A DNA stretch of 64,000 nt from Diplonema japonicum (taxonomy: Eukaryota > Protista > Euglenozoa: Diplonemea). The stretch lies in contig OZ025658.1 of the NCBI GenBank assembly GCA_964019335.1, positions 757,566 to 821,565 of the forward strand, written 5' to 3'. This document shows, in pieces, positions 11,201-26,200 of the stretch (position 1 is its first letter; each line of letters begins with the position of its first letter). A program made the translations under genes and the position numbers. The notes beneath the pieces were generated by a model. That model had not been told where the DNA came from. It ran no database searches and saw nothing but the letters and a program-made list of their open reading frames with translations.

Positions 11201-14200
11201 TTCGCGATGAGGACGTGGTGGTGTTCGGGATCGTAATGAGGAAAAAAGCCCAGAAAAGCTTTCAGGACGACAACGCGGGGGCAAAGCTGAAGCCGCTAGT
11301 GACGGACCCTAAAGACAGCCACTTCATGAACCTCGTGCTGGACGACATTCCTGGGGTGTTGGAACACTTCTGCGACCCCACCTCAACGTTCGGAAGGGCC
11401 CTGATCCCTCCTACGGACGTGACCCACTACCAGTGCGCGACTTGGGGTTTCAAGGACGAGTGCAACGCTGACTCCCTATGCGAGTGGAAGATCCCTAAGC
11501 TGGTGACCTGTGCTTCTGCGACTGGGTGCCCCGAGCTGAACTGCCAGGGGATCCCTCAGCAGTACAAGAGTCTTTACGGATGTAGCAAGTGCAAGTTGCA
11601 GAGAGCAACGATCGTCTGCGGTGCTTCAGTGCGACCGTCGATCGACGGGACGTGCGGGGAGACTCACTGCGCGAAGTGCTGCGACAAGGCGTGTTGTGAC
11701 GCAGACTCTGGATGCAGCTGGAAGACCCCGGACGACACATGTGAGAGGAAGGTTTGCGAGCACGGCGACCAGAACACATGCGAGAACGATCCTGACCTGC
11801 TGTGCAAGTGGGACGGCAGCAAGTGCGACTTGAAGCCCTGCGGCTCTATTTACGTGAAAGAGAAGTGTCTAAATAGCACAAACAACTGCCAGTGGGACAC
11901 TTCTTTCGATCCCCCCATCTGCAAACAACTCCCCACCTGTGGAACGAAAACCAACCCCGATGTGTGCAACAACGATGCAAACTGCGAGTGGGACTGCACT
12001 GCCACCACCTGCAGAGACACGAGGTGTGCGTATCCGGACCTTGGAACCTGTTCCGTGGACTCCGATTGTGAGTGGCTGGGGACCATGTGCAAAGAGAAGA
12101 AGTGCACGCTAGCGAAGACACAGGCGGACTGCAAGGACTGCGACAACTGTATCTGGGATGGCGCAACGTCGACCTGCTCCGAGGACAAGTGTGACCCCCT
12201 GAACCAAGCTGACTGTGGGACCAGCGATGTGTGCCACTGGGATGGCAACAAGTGTGAGACAGATTATTGCCCGCAATACAAGGACAACGAAGCAAAATGC
12301 AACCACAATCCAAGGTGCCACTGGGACTCGCTTCTTCTATCCTGCCAGCCCACTAGTTGCACAAAGAACCACAACACACAGTTCCCTGGCCTCGGGGATG
12401 CACCGACGAAGAAGGGGACCATCAATGATGTTGAGTGCGCGAGCGACCCTGTCTGCAAGACAGGGACGGACTCTATGGGCCGGTACTGCGCACCTGTGAC
12501 TTGCTCCGACCATACGAGGAACTGCGACTGTATTGCGGATCCAAGCTGTTACTGGGACCCCACTGTGACACCTCCCGCGCAAAAGTGCAAAGACAACAAA
12601 GTGTCAAACTGCCCCGACCTCGATGTAGTTTTCGTGCTAGATGGCTCTGGATCCATGTCATGGCCGTTCGGGACGCACCCCCACGGCTACGAAGCGATGC
12701 TCGAGATGCTGAGGGATTGGGTGAGGACGCTGCCCCTCACCGGTGAGGACAACACAGTCGGGATTAACTCGATGGTGAAGGGAGGGACCTTCCGTGTCGC
12801 CTTTGTACAGTTCTCGTTCGTGGACGAGTACTGGGTGTGCAAGAACGGAGCAGACGGTTGCGACAGCCAGAAACACTCAGAGTGCACCATGCCCAGGCTC
12901 CCTGCGGGGAAGACCTGTTCGAACGGGCAACTCACCGGTGACTTGACTGAGCTGGAGAACGACCTTGACTGGCATGAGGCCAACTATATGGGCTCCGTCA
13001 CCTACATGGCGGCAGCCCTCGAGGATGCAGTCGATATATTCCACGGCTCGCCTGCGCACCGTGCGCACGTCCTCGTCATCATCACGGACGGGCAGATGAA
13101 CCCCTTGGAGCCGCAGAGGAGCACAGAGATCCCTCCGATCAAGCAAAAGCTAAACGCTGAGGGTGTCGTGACCTTCGGTGTGGTTGTGAGGAAGGGTAAG
13201 GACCCATCGGGAGACGACGCCAAGGCTGAGCAGACATTGAGGCCGGTGACCTCCGACTCGCACGATGACCACTTCGTGAACGTGCAGCTGGAGAACATGC
13301 TTGAAGAAGTGTTCAACGACTTCTGCGACCCTGCAGGGAGGTTTGGAAAGGCCATTCAGCAGGTTCTGAACCAGAATAGTGCGAACAACACAGCACCCCC
13401 TTCTCAGTCCGGTGCCGTCCCTTGCTCGAAGTGGGGTGTGAAGCTTGAGTGCAGGTCCGACCAGGCGTGTGACTGGAAGGCCCCTCCTCCCACCTCGTGC
13501 CCCGGCAAGGGGTGCACGAACCTGAACTGTCTTGAACTTCCTGCTGCGCAAACTTCTGTAGGGATGACTTGCACGAACTGCAAGCTGTCTGAAGGTGCGA
13601 TCTCTTGCACTGTTGGGTCAAGCAACCCCGTGGGGAGTGGCTACTGCGGTGCTACTGTTTGTGAAGAACACTGTGAGGAGGTTCCTTGCGAGCAGGACAC
13701 GGCGAATGACTGTTTCTGGGACACCGACAAGTGCCAGAGGAAGGTGTGCAGCTATGTTGACAAGACTCTGTGTGAAGGGGACCCTGACAACATGTGCATG
13801 TGGGACACGGCCGCTTCCCCAGCAACCTGTGTCCCCAAGAAGTGCCTGCACTTTACATGGGGCACCTGTGACGCAGACAGCGGCTGCCAGTGGGACGCCT
13901 CCACACAGACTTGCAAAGAGAAAGACCCCGATTGCAGCACAATCGGCGACAAACTCGACTGCTTGAACCACGTGAGCAGAGCCTGCGACTGGAAGTGTGA
14001 CGACGGCTGTGTTCAAAAGGTGTGCGACCAGACTACCCGAGCCACCTGTGAAGGCAGTACTGACGCCTGCGAATGGAGTGCAGGGGCGATGAAGTGCCGC
14101 AGACAGCGCTGCAGAGTTTCCACGGAGAATGCGTGCATCTCCGATAGCGCCTGCAAGTGGACTGCTGCGACCTCTAGCTGCGCTGAGTCGAAGTGCTATC

Positions 14201-17200
14201 GGTACGCCACAGAGGCAACCTGCGACCACGACACGGACTGCCACTGGGACATCACAGGATGCGATGGTTGCAAAGAGAAGTACTGTTTTAAGTCCTTCAT
14301 CGACGCTACGAGCTGCAACGCCGATCCCAAGGGAATGTGCATGTGGGACCCCGCAACGAACGGCAATAAGTGCGTGGACAAGACCTGCGACTCGTACAAC
14401 GATCCCGCGATGGGACCCGACAGGATGTGCGACTGCCAGGCAGACTCCAGGTGCGTGGCAGACCGCTCCGTGCCCACAGCGCCCATGTGCAGGGACCAGC
14501 ATTTCACACAGTGCCCCGACCTGGATGTGGTGGTGGCGCTTGACGGGTCGACCTCGATGAACAGACAGTTCGGGACGCACCCGAACGGCTTCGAAGGGCT
14601 TGTAGAAGCCCTCAGGGATTGGGTACAGGCGCTCCCCCTAACTGGGGAAGCTGCCGGCGTGACCTCGACTGACAAAAACGGTAGGGTGAGAGTTGCATTC
14701 AGCGAGTGGGACAAGGGGGTAAGGTTGGCCGAGTGCCCGACGTGCGCGTGCAGCCCTGTCGTCGTCTCGCCTGGCGATGGTACCCCGACCATGAGCAGCA
14801 TGAACACACGGGGAGCGAATCGTTTTGCTGACAACTGTGGGAAGCTAAGCGGCGACAAGACACAGCTCCTCGCGGACCTGGACTGGCACGAGGGTGTGAA
14901 CCGCAGGCCACAGACCTTAGTGAAAGAGGCGGAAGAGTTCGCGGGAGAGACTTTCAGAGAGTCCCCCGTTTACAGGAAGAAGATTCTCCTGATCTTCACA
15001 GATGGTCGGATTCAGGACACGAGTTCGCTGGGACCCGCTGGTGCTGTGCTCGCAGCGGAGGGCGTACAGACTTTTGGGATCGTTCTGACGAAGGGACTAC
15101 CTAGACGCACGGACCAGCAGAACCTTGACACCCTGAAGAAGATTGTGACCGACCCGAAAGACAGCCACGCCCTGATGATGCAGATCGATGATGCACACCA
15201 GGTGCTCAACGACTTCTGCAACCCAAACAGCGTGTTTGGCGCCCTCATCACCAGCGGCTCAAGCGGGAACTCCAACACGGAACCCCCTTGCGATACCATC
15301 CAGAGCTTCCCGGACTGCACGGCACGCGCGACCTGCCAGTGGAACTCTTTCACGGGGGCATGTGAGGACCACTCCTGCTTCAGGCACTGCGGGGAGACAG
15401 ACTGTGTTGCCGATACGACAAACCAATGCAAATTTAACGTCGGGGCCCTGCAGTGCACGAAGACCGTGTGCAAGGACCGCGCTGTCCAGCAGGACTGCCT
15501 CGACAGCGGCTGCCAATGGAATGCTGCTCAGGACCCAAAGTGTCAGGAGGGACCTTGCCTGGCTGTTGACCAAGCAGCATGCAGCATCCACGGGAGGCAG
15601 TGCACCTGGGATACAACAATCCAGCCCAACGCGAAGTGCGTAGAGACCCCCTGCTACTATGGCAACCAGACGACGTGCGAGACCGACAGCGACTGCGAGT
15701 GGGACGGCGCGTGTGCGGACTCTACTGACCAGAAGTGCATGCCGAAGAGGTGTTCTCTGCCCGACCACCAGACTCAGGCAGGGTGTGTAGGGGACACTTG
15801 GTGCGTATGGACGAGCTCTCTCACCTGTGAGCTCGGAAAGTGTGCAAAGTATCCGACTGAAAAGTGCTGCAACCACGATGATGGTTGCCACTGGGACAAC
15901 GCTGACCCCCCGGTGTGTGGAGAGAAGTACTGCCCCAAGACGTACCCGATACTGGCCGGGAAGGACCAGTGTGACGCGGACAGCAAGTGCATGTGGGACT
16001 CCGGGAAATTGGCGTGTGTGGAAGAGGACTGCAGCAAGCTGGACAAGTGCCCGTGCAGGGCGCACCCTGATTGCTTCTGGGATGCCGCTCATAACAAGTG
16101 CACAGATACAAAGTACGGGGAGTGCCCCACGATGGACGTGATAATGCTGATGGACGGGTCTGGGTCCATGAGCCGCGAATTCGATACGAACCACCCACAC
16201 GGCTTCTATGGGTTGGTCGAAATCCTGAGGGACTGGGCAAAGACTCTCCCCCTCACAGGAGAGAAGGCCGGGACGAACACAGGTCAGGGCCCAGCAGCTG
16301 GCGGCCTCAGACTTGGCTTTGTGCAGTTCTCAGGGAGAAACCCCTCGTGGAGCAGAACGAGATCTGAGGCCATCAAGACTCCTGCGGGTGTTGGGGCGAG
16401 CGGGCACCTGTCCGGTGACCTTGCTGAGATCAGCGCCGACCTTGACTGGCACGAGCACAACTACATGGGGGATGGCACGATGATCGAGAAGGGGTTGACA
16501 ATGGTGGGTGACATGTTCGACGTCGCGCACCAGCACGCTGTCCGTCCCAGGATCCTCATCATCTTCACGGATGGAGAAATCTTCGACCCGGGTTCCCTAG
16601 GTAATGCAAGGAGGGTGCTAGACAACGAGGACGTGCAGACCTTCGGTGTCGTCATCAGAAAGAGGCCAGGATGGTCAAAGAATGATCCCGCTGAGGCGAC
16701 CTTGAAGCCCATCACCTCCGACCCGCACGTCGACCACTTCCAGAACCTCATGCTGGACGACATCTCGAATGTGTTGGGTGACATCTGCGACCCGAAAGGG
16801 AAGTTCGGGAAGTTCATTGTGAATCCCACCTCGGCTCAGGCTGGGGTTCACGCCCCGTGCCCCAATCACGCTGACTCGCACCTCTGTAACGCCGACCCCG
16901 GGTGCGAGTGGCACGCTGCTGGAAACGAGTGCCAAGATTCTCCATGCATTGCACACTGCGACGAGCAGTCGTGCGTGCAGGACGTCGCAAACCTGTGTAC
17001 GTGGAACGGTACGGAGTGCTGGAAGGAGACGAAGTGCGCGTACACGGACCGTACAGAGTGTGTGAGCTCCCCGGACCTCTGCGCGTGGGTGAACGGGGGG
17101 TGCGTGTTGCCTCCGTGCACCCCTAACAAGAACCAAGCAGACTGCAACGCTGATAGAGATGGCTGTGCCTGGGTGAAGCAGAACGGGCAGGACGTTTGCA

Positions 17201-20200
17201 TCGTGGAGCCCTGTTCCTCTTCCCACAGATCGGTTTGTCTTGCTGACCCGTCTTGCAAGTGGGACTACCCTCTTTGTGGAAACACAACGCAGCTGCAGTG
17301 CATGCCCAAAGGGTGTGACTACTTCGCTGTGAAGGGAGACTGTGATGCCGACGTGCACTGCGTGTGGGACACCGCGGCCTCTACCTGCAAGGACAGGGTA
17401 TGCGCGCAGCTCAGGGACGAAAGGTGCTGCGACAAGGACCCGATGTGCAAGTGGGACGTGACCACGGACCCTTCGGTCTGCGCGCAGAAGAAGTGCCCGG
17501 CGATCCAGGCGCAGCAGAAGTGCAACGAGCAGAGCGACTGCATGTGGAACTCGACGGCAAACCCCCCTACGGGGGCTTGCATAGACCTTGACTGCAGCAC
17601 GTTCCCCGCCATGTGCCCGTGCAACGAACACGACAAGTGCTACTGGAAACCCGGTGCAGGTTTCGCTGGCACCGGTGCCTGTGTAGCGGTTGAGTTCGGT
17701 GAGTGCCCCACTCTTGACATCGTCCTGGTGCTGGATGGGTCGGGCTCCATGTCCTGGAACTTCAGGCCTCGCCACGGCTTCACCGCTCTGATGGAGATGA
17801 TGAGGGACTGGATCGAGACCCTGCCTTTGAACGGAGAAGCCGCCTCCGTCGGAATCAACTCGCAGAAAGACAATGGCGGTGTGCGGGTAGGAATGGTCCA
17901 GTTCTCCGGTTACAACAGTCAGACGAATACGGCACGGAAGACTCCTGGAGGGGTAGGGACAGGGGGAAGGATCTCCGGCGCCCTACAAGAATTGGAGAAC
18001 GACGTGGACTGGCACGAGGACAACTACATGGGTCAGGGAACTATGCTCGAGCAGGGTTTAACGATGGCGGCTGACATGTTCCACGCTTCTCCGGTAGACG
18101 GGAGACAGAGAGTGCTTTTCATCTTCACAGATGGGCAAATTTCCGACCCGAATTCCCTCTCCAGAGCAAGGGCAGAGCTCAACAGGGAGGGCGTGCAAGT
18201 GTTTGGTATCGTGTTGTCGACAGGACAAACCGCGAAGGCAGAGGCGACTCTGAAGCCCATCACCTCCTTGAAGCACGAGGACCACCTGAAGACCGTCGAG
18301 ATCGACGAGGTGCCTGACCTCATGAGCGGGATCTGCAACCCCCATGGCCTTTGGGGTCACCTGATCGTGAAGGACCCCCCGCAGGCGTCCTCGGGTGTGC
18401 ACCTCCCGTGCCCGGACTACCAGACCCACGGTACCTGCAAGAAGGACCCCGGCTGCATCTGGTCTGACGTCGGTTCCGCGTGCCTGAACTCTCCTTGTTT
18501 GTTGCACTGCAATGATTCCGCGTGTCAAGGCGACCCAACCAACAACTGCACTTGGGTAAACGGCAGCATCTGCACGAACGCTCCCGACCTGACCTGTGAC
18601 TGTGCCTACACCACCGGTGACCCCATTTACAACGAGGAGAAGTGCAAGGCCGATACCATGTGCGTGTGGGATGCTGTGAACGGCGTGTGCCAGCACGACG
18701 AGTGTGCGTCGGGTCAACCGGGCAACCTCACTTGCGGTGCAGTAAACCAGATCTGCGTGGACCCCACACCTGCACCATGTACGGACGACTGGTACTGCGC
18801 CTGTGCGCCACCCGCGACACGGGACCCGGGGACACATGCGGGACAGGCAGCAGCTGTGTGCGTTCTTGATGAGTGCGCTGTTGACTGCCCCACCTGTGCC
18901 GGGGCAACCTGCAGTGACAAAGGTCAAGACTGTGTCGACCGGACCCCCACCGTCCCCGGAATGGGGGACTGGGTGTGCAAGTGCAAGCCTCCCTACGGTA
19001 ATGAAGCGCGGGGAAACGCTGCTGTTTGCCAGATCGACGAGTGCGTGGACCAGACTTGTGCTACTTGTGCTAAGAGCACTTGCAGCGACAAGAACCAGAC
19101 TTGCCACGACCCGGACACTACAGTGTTGAGCAACTGGAGGTGCCACTGCCCCTCGCCCTCGAACAGTAGCACTAAGACCGACGCAGTGTTCAGCTGCGAT
19201 TTCGATGAGTGTACCGTCCACAAAGAAACCTGCGAAAACGCGGATCAGACCTGCCGCGACCCTGACCAGGCTGTGAGTGGGGACTGGATGTGTGACTGCA
19301 AGCTGCCTTCTAACGGCACGGCCAATGCACAGGTTGCTTGGTGTGAGCTCGACGAATGTGCGATGACCTGTCCCACCTGCGCGAATACTACTTGCACGGA
19401 CGAGAACCAACTTTGTAGTGACACAAACAAAGCGGCTCACTCGACAGGAAACTGGATTTGCATCTGTCGGGACCCATTCAGTGGTCATGCAGATGTCGCT
19501 GCGGCGGTTTGCGAACTGGATGAGTGCTCGGCCCTGTGCACTGGGGCCACTTGTGCCAACACAACCTGCTCGGATGCGAACCAGACCTGCCATGATCCCC
19601 ACTTCACGATACTGGGCGACTGGGCATGCAACTGCCCACGACCCTCGAAGCAGCAGCCCTCGAAGCTGAAGCCGGCGACGGGGTGTGAAGTGGACGAGTG
19701 CGACCTCCACAAGGCCGTGTGCGAGAACCAGGGCCAGAGCTGCGAAGACCTCGACCAGCTGGTCGCAGACAACTGGATCTGCAAGTGTGTTTCCCCCATG
19801 AACGGGACTGCCGAAGCACGGGCCGCGGACTGCACGATCGACGAGTGTGTGGCAAGCTGTCTCACTTGTGCGAACGACACCTGCAGTAGCAAGGGCCAGA
19901 CCTGCAAGGATGACCATATCTCGATACACTCCACCGCCGACTGGGAATGCAGGTGTCCATCCCCTTACTCTGGGAAGGGTCATGCAAACTCTGCCACCTG
20001 CCTTCTCGACGAATGCTCTGTGAACTGCACTGGTCCAACGTGTGCGGGTACTACTTGCAGCGACAGTAACCAGACCTGTCACGACCCGGAAACGTCGATA
20101 CTGAGAAATTGGCAATGCAGCTGCCTGTCTCCGTCTAAGAAGCTGCCTGTAACGGGGGCACCAGTGGTGGGCTGCGAGGTGGACGAGTGCGAGCAAATGA

Positions 20201-23200
20201 AGCAAATCTGCGAGAACGTCGACCAGACCTGCTACGACCCTGACCAGCTGGTGCCCAATAATTGGGAGTGCAACTGCGCGCTGCCAATGAACGGAACGAA
20301 GGTGGCAAAGCCTGCTGAGTGCACCCTTGACAAGTGCGCTGCAGACTGCGTGGGCCCAACCTGCGCAAACACCACGTGCTCGGATGCCAACCAGATCTGC
20401 CACGATCCCTCCACCGCCGCCCATTCCAAGGGGAGTCGGACCTGGACTTGCACGTGCCTTCCCCCATACACAGGTAATGCTCATGGGAGCGCTGCCATCT
20501 GCCGCATCGACGAGTGTGTGGAGGCCTGTCCGACATGCGCGGACAACGCTTGCTCTAACGTCTCGCAGATCTGCAACGACCCCGACACGAGTATTCTGGG
20601 TGACTGGACTTGTTCGTGTCCCTCCCCCGCACAAAAGCCTTCCCAGAAGATAGGTCCCGTGACCCCATCGTGTGACGTCGACGAGTGTACCATCCACAGG
20701 AAGACCTGTGAGGCCGTTCAACAGGACTGCTTCGACCCCGACCAGAGCAAAGTGGGGGATTGGCAATGCAAGTGCAAGCTCCCCATGAATGGGAACAGCA
20801 CAGCGATGCCTGCGGAGTGCACGATCGACGAGTGTGTGATGAGCTGTCCCACTTGCGCGAACGATACCTGCAGTAGCAGGGGCCAGATTTGCGAAGACCC
20901 CGACACCTCGAAATACAACGACTGGACTTGCACCTGTCCCTTGCCTAGCACCAGTTATGCCGTGAACAATTACGCTGAGTGCGTCGTTGACGAGTGTGTG
21001 GCAAACTGCTCCACGTGCTCCCTCGGAGTCTGCACCTCGGAAGGCCAGCACTGTCACGACCCCGATGTATCAGCGAACAGCACGGGCAACTGGATCTGCA
21101 CGTGCCCGTCTCCGTCGGAAAGCTTCGCCAAGGGGATGGTTGCGACGCCTTGTGTTGTTGATGAATGCAAAACCCCCGACAATGAGAAGATGTGTGCAGA
21201 TGCCGGCCAGGAGTGTGTGGACCCGAACCCCTCGCTGAGCGGCCGCAACGACTGGGAGTGCCACTGCATTGTGCCGCCTGCTGTGAGGAACGGGTCTGCG
21301 GTGATGCGCCCTGCTGACTGCGAGTACCCAGGTGAATGCATGACAGACCCTGAGGCGAGGAAATGTGCCGCTACCGGCCACATCTGCGATGACCTCAACA
21401 CCGACCCCACTTCCACAGGCGACTGGGTGTGTATGTGTGCACCGCCTTCAAGTGGGCGGAACGTGACCGCCACCACACCTGGCGGGGTCGCAGGGATGGT
21501 GTGCGAGACGAACGAGTGTGAAGTTGTGTGTCCAACCTGCGCGCAGACCGTGACTAGCCCTATCAATCTGTGCACTGTGGAGGGCCAAAGGTGTACCGAC
21601 CCCGACACGAAGAAGTACGGTGACTGGCAGTGCGAGTGCCCCACCCCATGGGCCGGGATCCCCGCTACTACTGCTATCGCGAGCTGTTCGCTCGATGAGT
21701 GCGTTGCAGACTGCCCAACTTGCTCGAAGGGGACCTGCGCCAACGCAGGGCAGACTTGCGAAGACAGACGGACTGGGGTGCATGACCTTAGAGACTGGAT
21801 GTGCGTGTGTGCGCTCCCTGCCGTGGGGAACGCTACTGCGAAAGTGGCTGACTGCATCTGCGACGAGTGCCAGGAGGCCACTCAAAAATGCGCCTGCGGG
21901 GCAGTTCTGCTTCGACCAAGACACCAGCTGCAACAGCAAGAACGACTACATATGCGAGTGTAAGGCGCCCTTCGACGGGACGAATGACGCTCTACCGGCC
22001 TTGTGCACGGTCGACGAGTGCATTGAAAACAACGCTACCTGCACCGCCGTGGGCCAGACCTGCATCGACCACAACCGGACCCAGCTTGACGACTGGAAAT
22101 GCTTGTGTCCGAGCCCCAGTCACGGGGATGAAGTGGTCGGTCAGGCGGCACGGAACTGCAAGATCGATGAGTGCGTTGACACATGCCCCACATGCGCGGG
22201 TACCACCTGCTCGGACGCGGGCCAGACCTGCAAGGACGACGACACGGATGCCTCCAGCACGGGGGACTGGATCTGCATCTGCAAGCCTCCTGCGGCAAAC
22301 AACTCCGCGACGGGGAAGCCCGCCACCTGCATCTGTGACGAGTGCGTGGACGACACCGTCTGTGCAGGTACAAACCAGTCTTGCTACGATGTGAACACCG
22401 TGTGCAACACGCCGTCTGACTTTGTTTGCGAGTGTGAGCCCCCGATGATCGGAAACGCCACAGGGGCCCCTGCCACGTGCTCCTTCGACGAGTGCGAGAT
22501 CAACAGCGCCACGTGTGTTGCGCAGGGACAGGAGTGCTACGACCCCGACCTCACAAAAGTCAGCGACTGGGAATGCAGGTGCAAGCTTCCCAGCGTCGGA
22601 AATGCCACAGCTCAGGCCGCAGAGTGTGTGTACGACGAGTGCAGGATTCAGGATTGCGCAACGTGTGCCAACGATACCTGCAGCGCTGCGGGGCAGGAGT
22701 GCGAAGACTTGGACACGAGCCCATTGGAAACGGGTACCTGGGTGTGCAAGTGCCCATCACCATCAAACCATGCTGCAACGAGGAAGGTTGCCGAGTGTGA
22801 CCTCGATGAGTGCAAGGACCCGACCAAGGCCGGAAAGTGCACAGAGATGTGCGAGCCAGGAACCCTGGATTGCGGGCAGACCTGCTACGACCCGTTTCCG
22901 ACAACTGCGAGCACCGATGACTGGAAGTGCCTGTGCCCGTCTCCTGCTACGGGAAATATGACTGCTGGTCCTGTGTTGCACTGTATCTACAATGAGTGCG
23001 AAGAGATGGAGACGGTCTGCGCGGCAGAAGGACAGAAGTGTAAGGACACGAATCTCCAGACGCTGAACGACTGGACTTGCGAATGCGCATCTCCTGCTAC
23101 TGGGAATGCTACGGCGAGACCGGCTCGGTGCTTGCTTGACGAGTGCAGTGTCCAGAACTGCCCCACATGCGCAAACGACACCTGCACATCCGCTAACCAG

Positions 23201-26200
23201 TTGTGCGAAGACGATCCAACAAGAACTGGTGACTGGGTCTGCAAGTGCCTGTCCCCCTCCAACCACAAGGCAACAGGAAAGCCTGCGGTTTGCGACATCG
23301 ACGAGTGTGAGTTGCCGCAGAACAACTGCACTGCGAACTGTGTTGCGCCAAACACCCCCAACTGCGAGCAGACTTGCTTCGACGAGAATACATCCCCCGA
23401 CAGCCTTGGAGATTGGTACTGCAACTGCCCCCAACCCACGAGCGGGACAGGCAAGGCACGTGCCGCCATGTGCACCGTAGACGAATGTGTGGATCACGGG
23501 GCCACCTGCGATGCTGAGGGCCAGACCTGCAGAGATATGAACACCAGCAAGCTTAACGACTGGGAGTGCGTGTGCGACCCCCCATCTGTGGGTTCGGCAG
23601 AGATGGAACCCGCCACCTGTGTGCTCGACGAGTGCGTAGAGACCTGCGATACTTGCTCGAATAACACCTGCAAGGACGCCGGTCAGACGTGCGAGGACCT
23701 TGATACTTCGCCCTCGCAGAAGGGCACTTGGACATGTAAGTGCCAGTCTTCGAGCAGTTATGCAACAGGGACAGCTGCGATCTGTGAGGTGGATGAGTGC
23801 GAGGCGAACGGGTGGAAGTGCACCGCCGACTGCTTCGGTGCCTTGAACTGCGCTCAACGGTGCTTCGACCCCAACGTTAGTTCCAGCAGCTTGGGCAACT
23901 GGAGGTGTGTGTGCCAGCTCCCCTCAACTGACTCCGCTGAGGCGAAGCCTGCCGTTTGCACTGTGGAGCCATGCCTTCATGACAACGAAGCGGCGTGCGA
24001 ACAAGACCCCGATGGCTGTGAGTGGTCACTGCTCCCCACACCCGTCTGCAAGCCGGTCCCCTGTAAGCACACTAAAGAAGTGGATTGCACAGCTGAAACA
24101 GGTTGCGAGTGGCTTGTCTACTCTGGCCCTTCCGCGAATGCAGGGACAGGTGCCGTCTCCTACGAGGCGCTGGTGCCTGTAAAGCCGTTTCCCGCAGCCA
24201 CATGCAACGCCAGTTGTTCGTGCGCCACACAGAATGCGGTTTTCGTCCGCATCGGCGACGGCTATGTGAACGGGAAGGACTCTCTCACCTGTGGTGCTTG
24301 CACCACCACGGGGGTAACCGCAAATTGGCAAGCTGCGCATGGCTCTCTGACAGTGGTCAGCAGCGGACAAGGGGTGAGCGGAGACAGACTTGCTGAGATT
24401 GTGTCCAGCATTGAGTTCACGACCTCGTCAAGGGAAGGTGGAAAGAAGACCCTCACATGGGACTTCGGGACCGCTCTGCAGGCTGACTCAACCGCCTGCA
24501 GCGGAGTTGTGAATCTTGTTGGCGGTGTGTGTGTGACTGAGAAGTGCGACTACAACACGGCAGCAACATGTGAGGCTGACCCGTACTGCGACTGGGTTGG
24601 TGGCACGTCCGACCCTTGTGTGATCGCTCCCTGTGTGCTATACCCCAACGAGAAGGAGTGTTCGAGGGATCCTGACTGCCGTTTCGACGTGAGCAGCTCA
24701 CCTGCCACGTGCAAGGAGAAGCCTTGCAGAGTCTTCAGTGGTCCTGTGGAATGCAATGCGGAGGATGAATGCATGTGGGATGCAACGCAGACAAAGTGCG
24801 TGGAGAAGGAGTGCAGCACGTTCAGCGATGACCGCTGCAGGTGCCACACGGAGGACAGGTGCTACTGGGATGTGCGTGCCACGGTCCCGAAGTGCGTGGA
24901 AAGCAAGTTTGGGCAGTGCCCTGTGCTGGACGTGGTGTTGTTGCTGGATGGCTCGGGTTCGATGAACGATCCTTTCAGCCCCCACCCGCACGGCTTCAAC
25001 GCCATGATGGAGATGATTAGGGACTGGGTGAAGACCCTGCCCCTCACGGGCGAAGACCACACTGTTGGAAAGGCATCGACAGCCCTCAACGGCGGGCTTA
25101 GGATGGGGATTATCCAGTTCTCTGGTCCTATCCCGGAGGCAGTGAAAACACCCATTGGCATAGGCTCCTCGGGTTCCCTAACCGGTGACCTCGCTGAGCT
25201 GCAGGGGGACATAAATTGGCATGAGGCAAACTACATTCAGGGGAGCACCTTTATCGCGACTGGGCTTAACTGGGCTGGGGCCATGTTCCAGTTTTCCCCG
25301 TCCACAAGGCAGAAGGTGCTCATTATCGTGACGGACGGAGCCATCAAGGACACGGCTTCCCTCGCCCCTGCGAAAGCAGTCCTCGCCGCTGAAGGGGTGA
25401 AGATATTCGGTGTGGTTCTGAAGAACAAGGCGAACCTGAACAACGCAGCCAATGCCGAAGCCACATTGAAGCCCATCACCTCCGACCCGCACAAAGACCA
25501 CTTCAAAAACTTGTGGATCGACGAGATGCCTGACCAGGTCCTGAATGGGATCTGCGATCCAAACAGCAAGTGGGGTCAACTTCTCATGACGAATGATAAC
25601 CAAGTCGGGATGCACAAGCCGTGCCCACAGCACGGCCTCCAACCGGAGTGCACCGCCGACCCTGGCTGTGTGTGGAGCGGTGTAGGTCTGTCATGTGTGG
25701 ATTCCCCTTGTGTAGCCCACTGCGACGAGCCGAAGTGTACCGCAGACGCCGTGAACCACTGTCAGTGGAAGATCGTGAATGGAACCACCGAACCCTCTTG
25801 CTGGGTGGAAACGACTTGCGCGTACAGCGACGAAGCCTCGTGCGAGGCGGACCCGCAGTGCAGCTGGGATGTCTTTAAGCCTGACTGTGTGGAACGCCCC
25901 TGCAACCAGCCCACAGAAAACGAGTGCGAGGTAGACCCCGTTGGTTGTGAGTGGTTCGCTGGAACGAGCACCTGCGTAGAGAAACCTTGCAAGCACGCCA
26001 TGCAGGCTGATTGCACTGCTGACACTCTCTGCGAGTGGGATGCCTGTGCAGGTGTCGTTGGTGGCGGTGCCTGTCAAAAGAAGAGTTGTGACCCAAGTGT
26101 CTTCACAGACGAGGTATCGTGCACAGAGGACACTCGCTGCCAGTGGGTCAGCAGCAGCAGCAGCAGCGTGTCAGGCTTCACTTGTGCTCAGGAGCCTTGT

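Noticed and set aside
18058-21057. 999-aa antisense ORF and other long antisense or alternate-frame ORFs (e.g. 55222-56910, 57206-59605)
   Set aside because: Expected shadows of GC3-rich, repetitive coding sequence; no recognisable motifs.
21620-21892. Independent start for the 8502-aa ORF
   Set aside because: Non-ATG start, no signal peptide, and the first ~90 codons are the off-frame shadow of the upstream ORF's EGF repeats.
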